A DNA stretch of 64,000 nucleotides from Desulfobacterales bacterium (GCA_963668645.2 CAXXWC010000001.1:288001-352000), one strand, 5' to 3'; positions 15,746-26,220 are shown, counted from the stretch's first letter. A program made the numbers and translations. The notes: generated by a model from the sequence alone, not told the origin.

Positions 15746-17185
15746 ATGAACATCGCGATGGTCGGCGGCGGCAACAGCTCCATCCAGTTGATGCGCATGA
15801 TGGAGCGCCACACGTTCACGACCTTCGATCCGGAACCGCGCATCATCGCCGTGGCTGATCCCAACCCCAACGCGCCCGGCCGTAAGATGGCCGAAAAACT
15901 GGGGCTCTTCAGCACTCACGACTACCACGATTTTTTCGCCCGCCCGGAAATCGATCTGATCATTGAACTGACCGGTTCGATGGATGTCTACAACGATATT
16001 CTGCGCCGGAAACCCTCCCGGATGCATGCCATCTCCGCACTTACCGCGAGGCTTTTCTGGGAAGTGGCCGATACTGCCAGCCGGGCCAGCCAGACCAACC
16101 AGAAGCTGAAAAAGACCCGCCATCTTTACGAAGTACTGATCAACGAACTCGTCCAGGAAGAGGTCGTGGTGATCCGGGCCGATTTCCGGATCCTGGATGT
16201 CAACGACACCCTGACCCGGCGCCTGGGCGTGCGGCGCGAGGAGCTGATCGGCCAATTCTGCTACAAGGTCACCCATCACCAGGACCATCCCTGCGGCGGC
16301 GACCAGCACCCCTGCCCGCTGGTCGAGACACTGGCCACCGGAAAGCCGTCCCAGACCACCCACATCCATACGGATGCCACCGGGCGCGAAACCTTCGTTT
16401 CCATCTCCTGCTACCCCCTGTTCGAAAACGGCCGCGTTTATGGGGCGGTGGAGATCTCGCGGGACATCACCGGCGACATCAACCTTCAAAAAACAATGAT
16501 GCGCCAGGAAAAGCTCGCCTCCATCGGCCGCCTCTCGGCCGGCGTGGCCCATGAAATCAACAATCCACTGACCACCATTTTGACCCGCACCCTGCTGATC
16601 CAGGAAGACCTCGATCCGGGCCACCCCACCTATCCGGAGTTGAGTCTGATCGCCAATGAGGCGATGCGCTGCCGCAATATCGTCTTGAGTCTCCTCGACT
16701 TTGCCCGCCAGGTCGAACCGCAAAAAAAACGAGAATCGGTCAACACGGTTGCCAGGGCCGCCATCACCCTGACCCAGAAGCAGGCCGAACTGCGCCATGT
16801 GACCATCGAGGCGACCTTCGACGAACGGATCCCGCCCATCTACATCGATCCGCAGCAGATCCAGCAGGCCTTGATCCACCTGATCCTCAATGCCGTTGAA
16901 GCCAGCCCCCCGGAGACCGAGGTGGCGCTGAGCACCCGCCTGGCGGCCGATGCAGGCATGGTGGAGGTCGCCGTGGCCGATCATGGCCGCGGCATGAGCG
17001 ATGTGGAACTGGACCGCATCTTCGATCCATTTTTCAGCACCAAGGAACTCGGTACCGGCCTGGGGCTGGCCATTACCCACGGCATCATCGAACAGCACGA
17101 CGGGGTGATCAGCGTCAACAGCCGCAAGGGGCATGGCACCACCCTGACATTTCGGCTGCCGCTGGCGCCGACAAATGAGCATTAA
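15746..17185 (+). CDS. Cytoplasmic PAS-domain sensor histidine kinase with an N-terminal Rossmann-like domain
   Basis: MNIAMVGGGNS start, PAS domain, H-box AGVAHEINNPL, DHGRGM, FDPFFSTK..GTGLGL. No TM segments. Confidence 0.92.
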   Translation: MNIAMVGGGNSSIQLMRMMERHTFTTFDPEPRIIAVADPNPNAPGRKMAEKLGLFSTHDYHDFFARPEIDLIIELTGSMDVYNDILRRKPSRMHAISALTARLFWEVADTASRASQTNQKLKKTRHLYEVLINELVQEEVVVIRADFRILDVNDTLTRRLGVRREELIGQFCYKVTHHQDHPCGGDQHPCPLVETLATGKPSQTTHIHTDATGRETFVSISCYPLFENGRVYGAVEISRDITGDINLQKTMMRQEKLASIGRLSAGVAHEINNPLTTILTRTLLIQEDLDPGHPTYPELSLIANEAMRCRNIVLSLLDFARQVEPQKKRESVNTVARAAITLTQKQAELRHVTIEATFDERIPPIYIDPQQIQQALIHLILNAVEASPPETEVALSTRLAADAGMVEVAVADHGRGMSDVELDRIFDPFFSTKELGTGLGLAITHGIIEQHDGVISVNSRKGHGTTLTFRLPLAPTNEH

Positions 17186-17388
17186 CTCATTATGACGACT
17201 TTCAATTTCTTCTCTGACCCATTTCCAGCGCCACTCCAGAAAGGTACCGAAACGCCGAATTTTATTGACAAGATTGAGGTCACCCGATAGGAAGACGCTT
17301 TATTTGGACCGGCCCGGTGGGTATCGGTCCGCCTCGCGCTTTGACCGCGTAATCATGTTCACTGAATTCAATCCCAAGGAGTTACACC

Positions 17389-20300
17389 ATGTCCAAGGAT
17401 GTCATTGGTTCGGTTCTTATCGTCGGCGGCGGCATCGCCGGGATGCAGTCGGCCCTGGATCTGGCCAATTCGGGATATCATGTTTATATGGTTGAAAAAT
17501 CCTCGGCCATCGGCGGCGTGATGGCCCAGTTGGACAAGACGTTTCCGACCAACGATTGTGCCATGTGCATCATGTCCCCCATTCTGGTGGAGGTCGGACG
17601 GCACGTAAACATCGAGATGATCACCTGCGCCCAAGTCGAATCGATCCAGGGCGAGGCGGGTCATTTCCAGGTCCAGGTCCGCAAGCAACCCCGGTTCATC
17701 GACCCCCAGGTCTGCACCGGCTGCGGGGATTGCGCCACCGTCTGCCCCATCCAGCGCCCCAACGAGTATGAGCTCGGCATGGTGGAGCGCAAGGCCACCC
17801 ACCGGCGCTACGCCCAGGCGGTTCCCGGCGCTTTTGCCATCTCCAAGAACGGTACCGCCCCCTGCCGGGCCACCTGCCCGGCCCATGTGAGCGTTCAGGG
17901 GTTTATCGCCCTGATCAACGACGGCCGCTACAGTGAGGCCATCGAGCTTTTCAAGCAGGACCACCCCTTTCCCGGGGTTTGCGGCCGGGTCTGCACCCAT
18001 CCGTGCGAAAGTTCCTGTACCCGCCAGACGGTGGACCAGCCCCTGGGGATCATGAACCTGCACCGCTTTCTGGCCGACACGGACCGGGCCAGCGGCAATC
18101 CCTACGTGCCGGTCAAAAAAGCCCAGCGCGACGAAAAGATCGCCATCGTGGGGGCCGGGCCGGCCGGGTTGACCTGTGCCTATTTTCTGGCCATCGAGGG
18201 CTACCAGGTGACCGTTTTCGAGAAGCTGCCGGTCCTCGGCGGCATGCTCAGCGTGGGAATCCCTTCATACCGGCTGCCCCGGGATGTGATCGATTCGGAA
18301 ATCCAGATCATCAAGGATCTGGGCGTGAACTTCAAGACCGGGGTGGAAATCGGCAAGGATTTTACCATCGGTCAACTGCGCGACCAGGGCTACAAGGCTT
18401 TCTTCATCGGTATCGGGGCCCAGGAGTGCAAGCGCCTCGGTATCGAGGGCGAGGATTACCAGGGCGTCTTTCCCGGGGTCGACTTTCTGCGCGAGGTCAA
18501 CCTGGGCAACCGCATTCACCTGGGCGACCGGGTGGCGGTGATCGGCGGCGGCAACGTGGCCATGGACTGCGTGCGCACGGCCCTGCGCACCGGCTCCAAG
18601 AAGCCTTTTATCATCTACCGGCGCGCCATCGAACAGATGCCGGCCAACGCCGACGAGATCGAAGAGTGCCACGAAGAGGGCATCGAGCTGATGACCTTGA
18701 CCAATCCGACCCGGGTCATCGCTGAAAACGGCCGCGTCACGGCCATCGAATGTATTCGCATGGAACTGGGCGCACCGGACGCCAGCGGCCGGCGGCGGCC
18801 CGTGCCGGTGCAAGGTTCGGAGTTCATTATCGAGGTCGACGCGGTGATCCCGGCCATCGGCCAGGAGACGGACTGGGCCTGCCTCACCGACGAGTGCGCC
18901 TGCACCCTGAGCGACTGGGGCACGATGAAGGTCGATGCGGTCACCTTGCAGACCTCCGATCCGGACATCTTTGCCGGCGGCGATGCGGTCACCGGCCCTG
19001 CCACGGTGGTCGAGGCCATCGGCGCCGGCAAGGAGGCGGCGGTTTCCATCGACCGCTTCATCCGCGACGAAGCGCTGGACACCGGGCGCAAGACCGACTG
19101 GACGCCGGTCCAGGACGTGCCCACCGAAGGGGTGGCCAGCGCCGCCCGCCAGCCGATGCCGTTGCTGGCCGCCGAGGTCCGCACCACCAACTTCAACGAG
19201 GTCCAGCTCGGCTACGACGAGCAGACCTCGCGCGCCGAGGCCGGCCGCTGCCTGGAATGTGCGGTCTGCTGCGAGTGCTACCAGTGCGTGGCGGCTTGCA
19301 AGGCCGGAGCCGTGACCATGGAAACCCACAGCCAGAAGCCCGAAACCGTGACCATCGAAACCGGTGCGGTGATCCTGGCGCCCGGGTTCGAACCGTTCAA
19401 TCCGTCCGGGTTCGACAGCTACGGCTATGCCACTCATCCCAACGTGATGAGCGCCATCGAATTCGAGCGCATCCTGGCCGCATCGGGTCCCAGCGAAGGC
19501 CACCTGATCCGCCGCAGCGACCACAAGGAGCCGGAAAAGATCGCCTGGTTCCAGTGCGTCGGATCGCGCGATCTGAACCGCTGCGACAACAGCTACTGCT
19601 CCTCGGTCTGCTGTATGTACGCCATCAAAGAGGCGGTTATCGCCAAGGAGCATTCGGCCAAGCCGCTGGACTGCGCCATCTTTTTCATGGACATGCGCAC
19701 CCACGGCAAGGACTTCGAGCGCGCTTACAATGACGCCCGCGACAAACACGGGATCCGCTTTATCCGCAGCCGGGTGCACACCATCGATCCGGTGGGCGAC
19801 AGCGGGGACCTCTCGCTGCGCTACGTGACCGAATCGGGTGAGATCAAAACCGAAACCTTCGACATGATCGTGCTCTCGGTCGGTCTCCAGACGCCGGCGG
19901 AAACCATCGACCTGGCCAAACGGCTCGACATCCAGCTGACCCCGGGCAACTTCGTCAAAAGCGAACCGTTTGCCCCGATGGCCACCAACCGGCCGGGGAT
20001 CTTCGTCTGCGGCGCCTTCCAGGGACCGCGGGACATCCCCCAATCGGTGGTCGACGCCAGCGCGGCGGCGGCGGCGGCCGGCGAGATCCTGGCCGAAGCG
20101 CGAGACACCCTGACGGTGATTCCCGAAAAAGTGCCCGAGGTCAACGTGTTCAACGAACGGCCCAGCATCGGGGTTTTCGTTTGCCACTGCGGCATCAATA
20201 TCGGCGGGATCGTGGATGTGCCCGGGGTACGCGATTATGCGGCAAGTCTGCCCTATGTCGAATATGTGGCCGACAACATGTACACCTGCTCCCAGGACAC

Positions 20301-21843
20301 CCAGGACACCATGACCCAGGTGATCAAGGAAAAGGGGCTGAACCGGGTGGTAGTGGCGGCCTGTACCCCCAAGACCCACGAACCGCTTTTCCAGGAAACC
20401 CTTATCGCCGCCGGACTGAATAAATACCTTTTCGAGTTCGTCAACATCCGCAATCACGATTCCTGGGTGCATCGCAACAACCCGGATCTGGCCACCAAAA
20501 AAGCCAAGGACCTGCTGCGTATGGCCGTGGCCAAGGTCGCCTTGATGCAGCCGCTCGAAGAGGCCCAGCTCGACGTAAACCAGACCGCGATGGTCATCGG
20601 CGGCGGTATCTCCGGCATGGCTGCGGCCAAGAACCTGGCGAGCCAGGGCTATACCACCCATCTGGTCGAGCGCGAGAGCGCGCTGGGCGGCCAGGCCCGC
20701 CACCTTTTCCGCACCCTGGACGGCAAGCCGGTGGCCGACCAGCTCGAGCGGCTGATCGCCGATGTCACCAGCGATCCGAACATCCAGCTCCATCTGGGCA
20801 GTGAACTGGCCGCCGTGGAAGGATTTGTCGGCAACTTCAAAAGCACGGTGAAAAACCAGACGGCCGAGGAAACCTTCGAGCACGGAGTGGCGATCATCGC
20901 CACCGGCGCCAAGCCCCTGGTGCCCACGGAATACAGTTACGGCCAGGATCCACGGGTCATCACCGGCCTGGAGCTGGACGCCCGGCTCAAAGCCGACGAT
21001 CCGGCCCTGGCAGACCTCGATACGGCCGTTTTCATCCAATGCGTCGGCAGCCGCGAACCGGACCGGCCCTATTGCAGCCGGGTCTGCTGCACCCATTCCA
21101 TCGACAACGCGCTGGCCCTCAAGGAACGCAATCCCAACGCCCGCATTTACATCCTCTACCGCGATATCCGCACCTACGGCGAACGCGAGTACCTTTACCG
21201 GGAAGCGCGCGAAAAAGGCGTTATCTTCATCCGCTACAGCCTGGATACCAAGCCCTGCGTCGAGCTGGCCGACGGCCGGATGCTGGTCACCGTCACCGAC
21301 CCCATCCTGGGCAGGCCCGTCATCATCGAGACTGATCTGTTGACCCTGGCCACCGCCATCGTTCCTTACCCCAACGATGCCCTGGCCCAGTTCTTCAAAA
21401 TTCCGGTCAATTACGACGGCTTCTTTGCGGAAAAACACGTGAAACTGGGGCCGAGCGATTTTTCCACCGACGGGGTCTTCCTCTGCGGCATGGCCCACTA
21501 TCCCAAGCCCATCGACGAATCGGTCAGCCAGGGCAAGGCCGCGGCCAGCCGGGCCGTCACCCTCCTGGCGCGCCGCAACATCAGCACCATCGGCCAGGTG
21601 GCACGCGTCAACCCGGCCCTGTGCAGCATGTGCGGTATCTGTGTTTCCGTCTGCCCCTACTCGGCCCCCTCGTTCCGCGCCCCGGATGAACGCTTCTGGC
21701 CGGAACGGGCCGAAATCAACCCGGTGCTGTGCAAAGGCTGCGGCCTGTGCGTGGCTTCATGTCGCAGCGGTGCGATCCATCTGAACGGGTTCGATACCGA
21801 TCAGATTTTTGCCCAGATCGGCGCCTTTAACGAGGCTGTGTAA
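17389..21843 (+). CDS. hdrA: Large heterodisulfide reductase A-like protein (HdrL type: HdrA with a GltD-like NAD(P)/FAD insert)
   Basis: GGGIAG, LDKTFPTNDC, CTGCGDC ferredoxin motif, GltD-like CPAH..CGRVC..PCE/GAGPAG/GGGNVAMD, QCVGSR..CSSVCC, GVFVCHCG, second QCVGSR..CSRVCC, C-terminal ferredoxins. Confidence 0.93.
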   Translation: MSKDVIGSVLIVGGGIAGMQSALDLANSGYHVYMVEKSSAIGGVMAQLDKTFPTNDCAMCIMSPILVEVGRHVNIEMITCAQVESIQGEAGHFQVQVRKQPRFIDPQVCTGCGDCATVCPIQRPNEYELGMVERKATHRRYAQAVPGAFAISKNGTAPCRATCPAHVSVQGFIALINDGRYSEAIELFKQDHPFPGVCGRVCTHPCESSCTRQTVDQPLGIMNLHRFLADTDRASGNPYVPVKKAQRDEKIAIVGAGPAGLTCAYFLAIEGYQVTVFEKLPVLGGMLSVGIPSYRLPRDVIDSEIQIIKDLGVNFKTGVEIGKDFTIGQLRDQGYKAFFIGIGAQECKRLGIEGEDYQGVFPGVDFLREVNLGNRIHLGDRVAVIGGGNVAMDCVRTALRTGSKKPFIIYRRAIEQMPANADEIEECHEEGIELMTLTNPTRVIAENGRVTAIECIRMELGAPDASGRRRPVPVQGSEFIIEVDAVIPAIGQETDWACLTDECACTLSDWGTMKVDAVTLQTSDPDIFAGGDAVTGPATVVEAIGAGKEAAVSIDRFIRDEALDTGRKTDWTPVQDVPTEGVASAARQPMPLLAAEVRTTNFNEVQLGYDEQTSRAEAGRCLECAVCCECYQCVAACKAGAVTMETHSQKPETVTIETGAVILAPGFEPFNPSGFDSYGYATHPNVMSAIEFERILAASGPSEGHLIRRSDHKEPEKIAWFQCVGSRDLNRCDNSYCSSVCCMYAIKEAVIAKEHSAKPLDCAIFFMDMRTHGKDFERAYNDARDKHGIRFIRSRVHTIDPVGDSGDLSLRYVTESGEIKTETFDMIVLSVGLQTPAETIDLAKRLDIQLTPGNFVKSEPFAPMATNRPGIFVCGAFQGPRDIPQSVVDASAAAAAAGEILAEARDTLTVIPEKVPEVNVFNERPSIGVFVCHCGINIGGIVDVPGVRDYAASLPYVEYVADNMYTCSQDTQDTMTQVIKEKGLNRVVVAACTPKTHEPLFQETLIAAGLNKYLFEFVNIRNHDSWVHRNNPDLATKKAKDLLRMAVAKVALMQPLEEAQLDVNQTAMVIGGGISGMAAAKNLASQGYTTHLVERESALGGQARHLFRTLDGKPVADQLERLIADVTSDPNIQLHLGSELAAVEGFVGNFKSTVKNQTAEETFEHGVAIIATGAKPLVPTEYSYGQDPRVITGLELDARLKADDPALADLDTAVFIQCVGSREPDRPYCSRVCCTHSIDNALALKERNPNARIYILYRDIRTYGEREYLYREAREKGVIFIRYSLDTKPCVELADGRMLVTVTDPILGRPVIIETDLLTLATAIVPYPNDALAQFFKIPVNYDGFFAEKHVKLGPSDFSTDGVFLCGMAHYPKPIDESVSQGKAAASRAVTLLARRNISTIGQVARVNPALCSMCGICVSVCPYSAPSFRAPDERFWPERAEINPVLCKGCGLCVASCRSGAIHLNGFDTDQIFAQIGAFNEAV

Positions 21844-21888
21844 CCCGGAGCGCCGCACTGCTCGTGGGAGTGGTGCAACGTCAAGGAG

Positions 21889-22329
21889 ATGAAAAATATG
21901 GAACAATGGGAACCTAAAATCGTCTGTTTCTTTTGCAACTGGTGCACTTATGGAGCCGCCGACTTGGCTGGGGTTAGCCGTTTCGAGCACCCATCCAACA
22001 CCCGGGTGATCCGGCTTCCGTGCTCCGGGCGCGTCAGTCCCAAGTTCATCCTCGCCGCTTTTCGCGAAGGCGCGGACGGCGTATGGATTTCGGGATGCCA
22101 CCCGGGAGACTGCCATTACATCGAAGGCAACTACTATGCACGGCGCAAATTCACCCTGCTGAAATCCCTGATCGAATACATGGGCGTCGAGCCGGACCGG
22201 CTGCACTTTTCATGGATATCTTCGGGTGAAGCGACCAAGTACGTCCAGGTCGCCAAAGAGGTCATCGAGAAAGTCCGCGCCCTTGGTCCAAACCAAAATT
22301 TCACCAAAAAAGAGCTGAAGGTGGCCTGA
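21889..22329 (+). CDS. flxD: MvhD/FlxD [2Fe-2S] subunit
   Basis: FCNWCTYGAADLAG, PCSGR, GADGV..SGCHPGDCHY. Confidence 0.93.
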   Translation: MKNMEQWEPKIVCFFCNWCTYGAADLAGVSRFEHPSNTRVIRLPCSGRVSPKFILAAFREGADGVWISGCHPGDCHYIEGNYYARRKFTLLKSLIEYMGVEPDRLHFSWISSGEATKYVQVAKEVIEKVRALGPNQNFTKKELKVA

Positions 22330-22330
22330 C

Positions 22331-23281
22331 ATGGGAGCTTATACGGATAAGATTCGCGAAATCGCAGGACGCCTGCTCAAGGACTGCCAGGTCGAGACCG
22401 TCATCGGCTTTCGCAAAGGGTCGATGCCGATGATGAACGAGCCTTGCTTCGTCAGCCGGGCCGATGCGGTCGATCAACTTGTGTGGGACGGCAACTGCGG
22501 CGTCAACCTGGCCAACTACCTCACCAACCGCACCGAATCCAAGATCGGGATCGTTGCCAAGGGGTGCGACAGTCGCAACATCGTCACCCACATCATCGAA
22601 AACAAGATCAAGCGCGAGCAGTTGACCATCATCGGCGTCCCCTGCACCGGCATGATCGACAAAAGGCGTATCAAGAATCTGGCCAGCGGTGAGGTCCTTG
22701 CCGTCGAGGAGCAAGATGAGCGCGTGGTGGTCAGGGGAGACGGCTTCGAGACCACCTACTCGCGCCAGGAAGTGCTTCAGGCCAACTGCGCCGTATGCCA
22801 CCACCGCAACCCGGTGATTTACGACGAACTGGTGGCCGATCCGGTCGTCGAACAGACCGAGGTGGACCGCTATGCGGACGTGCGGGCCCTGGAGGCGCTC
22901 TCGCCCCAGGAAAAATGGGACTATTTCGAGGAGTTGCTGGCCCCCTGCCTGCGCTGCTACGCCTGCCGCAATGCCTGCCCCCTCTGCTACTGCCCCACCT
23001 GTTTCGTGGACGAATCCATGCCCCAGTGGGTGGGTAAAAGCCAGAACCCAGTGGACGTGCGCACCTTTCATTTCCTGCGGGCCTACCACTGCGCCGGGCG
23101 TTGCACCGACTGCGGCAGTTGCGAGCGGGCCTGCCCGGTGGGCATCAACATGCGCCTGTTTACCAAGAAGCTGGAAAAGGAGGCATACGAGGCGTGGGGC
23201 TGGGAAGCCGGCCTGAGCGTGGATCAGCGCCCGCCGCTGGATGCCTACCGGCCCGACGACCCGGAACCGTTCATCAAGTAA
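22331..23281 (+). CDS. flxC: FlxC-like 4Fe-4S protein
   Basis: KGCDSR, CLRCYACRNACPLCYCPTC, AGRCTDCGSCERACP; operon context. Confidence 0.85.
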   Translation: MGAYTDKIREIAGRLLKDCQVETVIGFRKGSMPMMNEPCFVSRADAVDQLVWDGNCGVNLANYLTNRTESKIGIVAKGCDSRNIVTHIIENKIKREQLTIIGVPCTGMIDKRRIKNLASGEVLAVEEQDERVVVRGDGFETTYSRQEVLQANCAVCHHRNPVIYDELVADPVVEQTEVDRYADVRALEALSPQEKWDYFEELLAPCLRCYACRNACPLCYCPTCFVDESMPQWVGKSQNPVDVRTFHFLRAYHCAGRCTDCGSCERACPVGINMRLFTKKLEKEAYEAWGWEAGLSVDQRPPLDAYRPDDPEPFIK

Positions 23282-23312
23282 TCCAATCGACTTCTCCAGA
23301 TAGAGGCAGACT

Positions 23313-24374
23313 ATGACCTGCATCAAGATCGACAAACAACAGTGGGCTGAAGGGCTGGCAGCGGCCGAGAAGCAATACCGGCTCTTCGGGCCGGTCAAGC
23401 AGGGGGCCCTGTACAACTTCGAGGCCCTCGCCCCCGGCCAGAGCCCGGATCTGGACTGCCCCAATACCCGCACATCGGCCCGCACCGTGGTCTATCCCCA
23501 GAGCGAAGTCCTTTTCGAATACAACCTCGACGAAAAGGCGGCCGATGCCAACATCCTCAAAGAAACCCCGGCCCCGGCTCCCCGGGCGGCCGTAGGGGTG
23601 CGCCCCTGCGATGCCTACAGCTTTGTGCTGGTGCGGCGCAACTTCGACGCGCCGGACGTCCAGGACACCTACTGGATGCGCAACTACGAAGCGACCACCT
23701 TCGTGGGCCTGGCCTGCGACCGGCCGTGCAGCACCTGTTTTTGCACCAGCGCCGGCTGCGGCCCCTACCACGAAGAAGGGCTGGACGTGCTGCTGGTCGA
23801 GGAAGAAGACCATTACCTGGCCAAGGTGATTACCGACAAGGGCGCCGCCTTGCTGGCCGCCGCCGGATGGGAAACGGCGGCCGATCTGGATGCCGAGGCG
23901 CGCATATCCGGTCGCCGGGCAACCGCCGAAGCCCGCGTCGCTTCGAAAGTGCCCACGGACCGGTTGGCCCAGGCCTCCCAATTGGATCTTTACGGAGCCG
24001 GGTTCTGGGAGGATATCGCCTTTGCGTGCATCAACTGCGGCACGTGCACCTTCTTGTGCCCGACCTGCTGGTGCTTTGACATCCAGGACGAGGCCCGGGG
24101 CAAACAGGGGATTCGCGTCCGCAACTGGGACAGCTGCATGTTCCCGCTGTTTACCCTGCACGGCTCCGGCCACAACCCGAGGGGCCAGAAGGTCCAGCGG
24201 GTGCGCCAGCGCTTCATGCACAAACTCAAGTACTACGTCGACAAATACGGCGACGGAATCCAGTGTGTGGGTTGCGGCCGATGCGTGCAGTATTGCCCGG
24301 TGAACATCGACATCCGCCGGGTCTGCGAACTGATGAACGGCCTCGGCCAAGACGCCGCTTGCAAGGTCGCTTGA
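23313..24374 (+). CDS. flxB: FlxB-like 4Fe-4S protein (AsrA-like)
   Basis: GVRPCD, CSTCFC, CINCGTCTFLCPTCWCF, RNWDSC, CVGCGRCVQYCP. Confidence 0.88.
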   Translation: MTCIKIDKQQWAEGLAAAEKQYRLFGPVKQGALYNFEALAPGQSPDLDCPNTRTSARTVVYPQSEVLFEYNLDEKAADANILKETPAPAPRAAVGVRPCDAYSFVLVRRNFDAPDVQDTYWMRNYEATTFVGLACDRPCSTCFCTSAGCGPYHEEGLDVLLVEEEDHYLAKVITDKGAALLAAAGWETAADLDAEARISGRRATAEARVASKVPTDRLAQASQLDLYGAGFWEDIAFACINCGTCTFLCPTCWCFDIQDEARGKQGIRVRNWDSCMFPLFTLHGSGHNPRGQKVQRVRQRFMHKLKYYVDKYGDGIQCVGCGRCVQYCPVNIDIRRVCELMNGLGQDAACKVA

Positions 24375-24388
24375 CAAAGGGGGACCCC

Positions 24389-25231
24389 GTGCAGCCAAAT
24401 CCTTATCTGCCCTATCCGGTTCGCATCGACGACATTGCGATCGAAACCGAAGACAAAAATCTGAAAACCTTCAAGTTCTGCTTTCTCGACCCTGCAGACG
24501 AAGAGAAATTCGCCTACCACCCGGGCCAGTTTGCCGAGCTTTCCATCGCCGGCAAGGGGGAGATTCCCATCGGCATCGCCTCCTCGCCCACCGAGAAAGG
24601 GTTTGTCAAATTCACCGTCAACAAGGTCGGCCTGGTGACCACCCATCTGCACAAGATGAAGGTCGGCGACGTGATGGGCATCCGCGGCCCGCTGGGCAAC
24701 TGGTACCCCTGGCAACAGCTGGAAGGCAAGAACGTGGTGATCATTGGCGGCGGTTTTGCTTTCACCACCCTGCGCTCGTCGATCGTCTACATGCTGGAAA
24801 ACCGGGACAAGTTCGGCGATATTCATGTCATCTACGGGGCGCGCAACCCGGGAATGCTGCTATACCGCGATGAGCTGGCCGCATGGGAAGCGCGCGACGA
24901 CATTCACATGCACATCACGGTGGACGCCACCGATGACCCGAGCTGGAAGTACAACGTGGGCTTCGTGCCGACCATCACCGATCAAAAGGCGCCTGAGGCC
25001 GATGAGAACACTTATGCCATCATCTGCGGCCCGCCGATCATGATCAAGTTCACCCAGCCGGTCCTGGATGCGCGCGGCTACGGCCACGATCGCATCATCA
25101 TGAGCCTGGAAAACCGCATGAAGTGCGGCATCGGTATGTGCAGCCACTGCAACGTGGGCCAGCATTTCGTTTGCAAGGATGGTCCGGTCTTTACGCTGGC
25201 CCAATTAAACGGGATGCCCAAGGAGTATTAA
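24389..25231 (+). CDS. flxA: FlxA-like FAD/NAD-binding oxidoreductase (PyrK/AsrB-like)
   Basis: PGQF, RGPLGN, GGGFAFTTLRS, ICGPPIM, MKCGIGMCSHC..CKDGPVF. GTG start at 24389. Confidence 0.9.
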   Translation: MQPNPYLPYPVRIDDIAIETEDKNLKTFKFCFLDPADEEKFAYHPGQFAELSIAGKGEIPIGIASSPTEKGFVKFTVNKVGLVTTHLHKMKVGDVMGIRGPLGNWYPWQQLEGKNVVIIGGGFAFTTLRSSIVYMLENRDKFGDIHVIYGARNPGMLLYRDELAAWEARDDIHMHITVDATDDPSWKYNVGFVPTITDQKAPEADENTYAIICGPPIMIKFTQPVLDARGYGHDRIIMSLENRMKCGIGMCSHCNVGQHFVCKDGPVFTLAQLNGMPKEY

Positions 25232-25369
25232 GCGCTGAACAGAGTCAAATTGATATTGACTTCCATTGACAATTCGGTTAGAAAGAGTTTTCTATACCCG
25301 GCACCAAAATCCGAATAACATAGGGCGGTAAGCCATTAAATTAACTCTAGACTGAAGGAGGATGTTGTC

Positions 25370-25687
25370 ATGCCGCAAGTTGAATTCTCTGGGAAGACTT
25401 TCAACGTCGACGAAGACGGTTTCATCGACGATTACACCAACTGGTCCGAAGAATGGGTACAGTACGTCAAGACTGAGGAAGGCATCGACGAGCTGGGCGA
25501 AGAACATCGTCTGGTGATCAAGACCCTGCGCGAGTATTATGAAAAGAACGGCATCGCCCCCATGGTGCGGGTGCTCTCCAAGGTCACCGGCTTCAAACTG
25601 AAGCACATCTACGAGCTGTTTCCCTCCGGACCGGGCAAGGGAGCCTGCAAGATGGCCGGTCTGCCGAAACCGACCGGTTGTGTCTGA
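25370..25687 (+). CDS. dsrC: Dissimilatory sulfite reductase-associated sulfur carrier DsrC
   Basis: VDEDGF, NGIAPMVRVL, YELFPSGPGKGACKMAGLPKPTGCV with both conserved C-terminal Cys; strong RBS. Confidence 0.97.
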   Translation: MPQVEFSGKTFNVDEDGFIDDYTNWSEEWVQYVKTEEGIDELGEEHRLVIKTLREYYEKNGIAPMVRVLSKVTGFKLKHIYELFPSGPGKGACKMAGLPKPTGCV

Positions 25688-25728
25688 TTCAAGACCGCCC
25701 GTTACAAAAAAGCTCCACGGTTTCACCC

Positions 25729-25759
25729 AAGGCCCTGCCACCGATGCAGGGCCTTTTTT
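25729..25759 (+). terminator. Rho-independent terminator after dsrC
   Basis: aaggccctgc-N7-gcagggcctt followed by tttt. Confidence 0.85.
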
Positions 25760-25773
25760 CATTTGCTGCACCG

Positions 25774-26187
25774 ATGATCCTTAACCTCACCACCCATAGA
25801 CGAAGCGAACTGATCGACATCACCGCCGAGGTGCGCCGGGCGGTGAGCCACCTGCTCGCCGGGGGCAGCGGGCTCTGTCTGATCTACGTGCCCCATACCA
25901 CCGCCGGGGTGACCATCAACGAAAGCGCCGATCCAGATGTGGCCCGCGACATCCTCAAGATGCTCGAAATGCTGGTGCCTTACGAGGCCGGATACCGGCA
26001 CCGCGAGGGCAACTCCGCCGCCCACATCAAAACCTCATTGGTGGGCACATCCCAAACCGTGGCCGTGGAAGACGGCCGTCCGGTCCTGGGAACCTGGCAG
26101 GGCATCTTCTTTTGCGAATTCGACGGCCCGCGCTCACGCAAGATCCTTTTGAAGTGTATCCCGGCCATCGAAGATCGGCACCCCTGA
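25774..26187 (+). CDS. yjbQ: YjbQ/UPF0047 family protein
   Basis: PHTTAGVTINE.ADPDV, HREGNSAAHIK, LGTWQGIFFCEFDGPR. Confidence 0.92.
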   Translation: MILNLTTHRRSELIDITAEVRRAVSHLLAGGSGLCLIYVPHTTAGVTINESADPDVARDILKMLEMLVPYEAGYRHREGNSAAHIKTSLVGTSQTVAVEDGRPVLGTWQGIFFCEFDGPRSRKILLKCIPAIEDRHP

Positions 26188-26220
26188 TTGAACCCGAACC
26201 CAAACGAACGGACTTCGCCG

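Noticed and set aside
18265..21498. 1077-aa antisense ORF, and similar long shadows such as 46712-48556, 15695-17182, 3602-5194 and 51529-53055
   Set aside because: They lie antisense to well-supported genes and have no recognisable motifs. Such ORFs are expected from GC-rich codon bias.
17389..22329. Selenocysteine recoding in HdrA or MvhD
   Set aside because: The frames are open, with Cys codons at the relevant motifs and no in-frame TGA.
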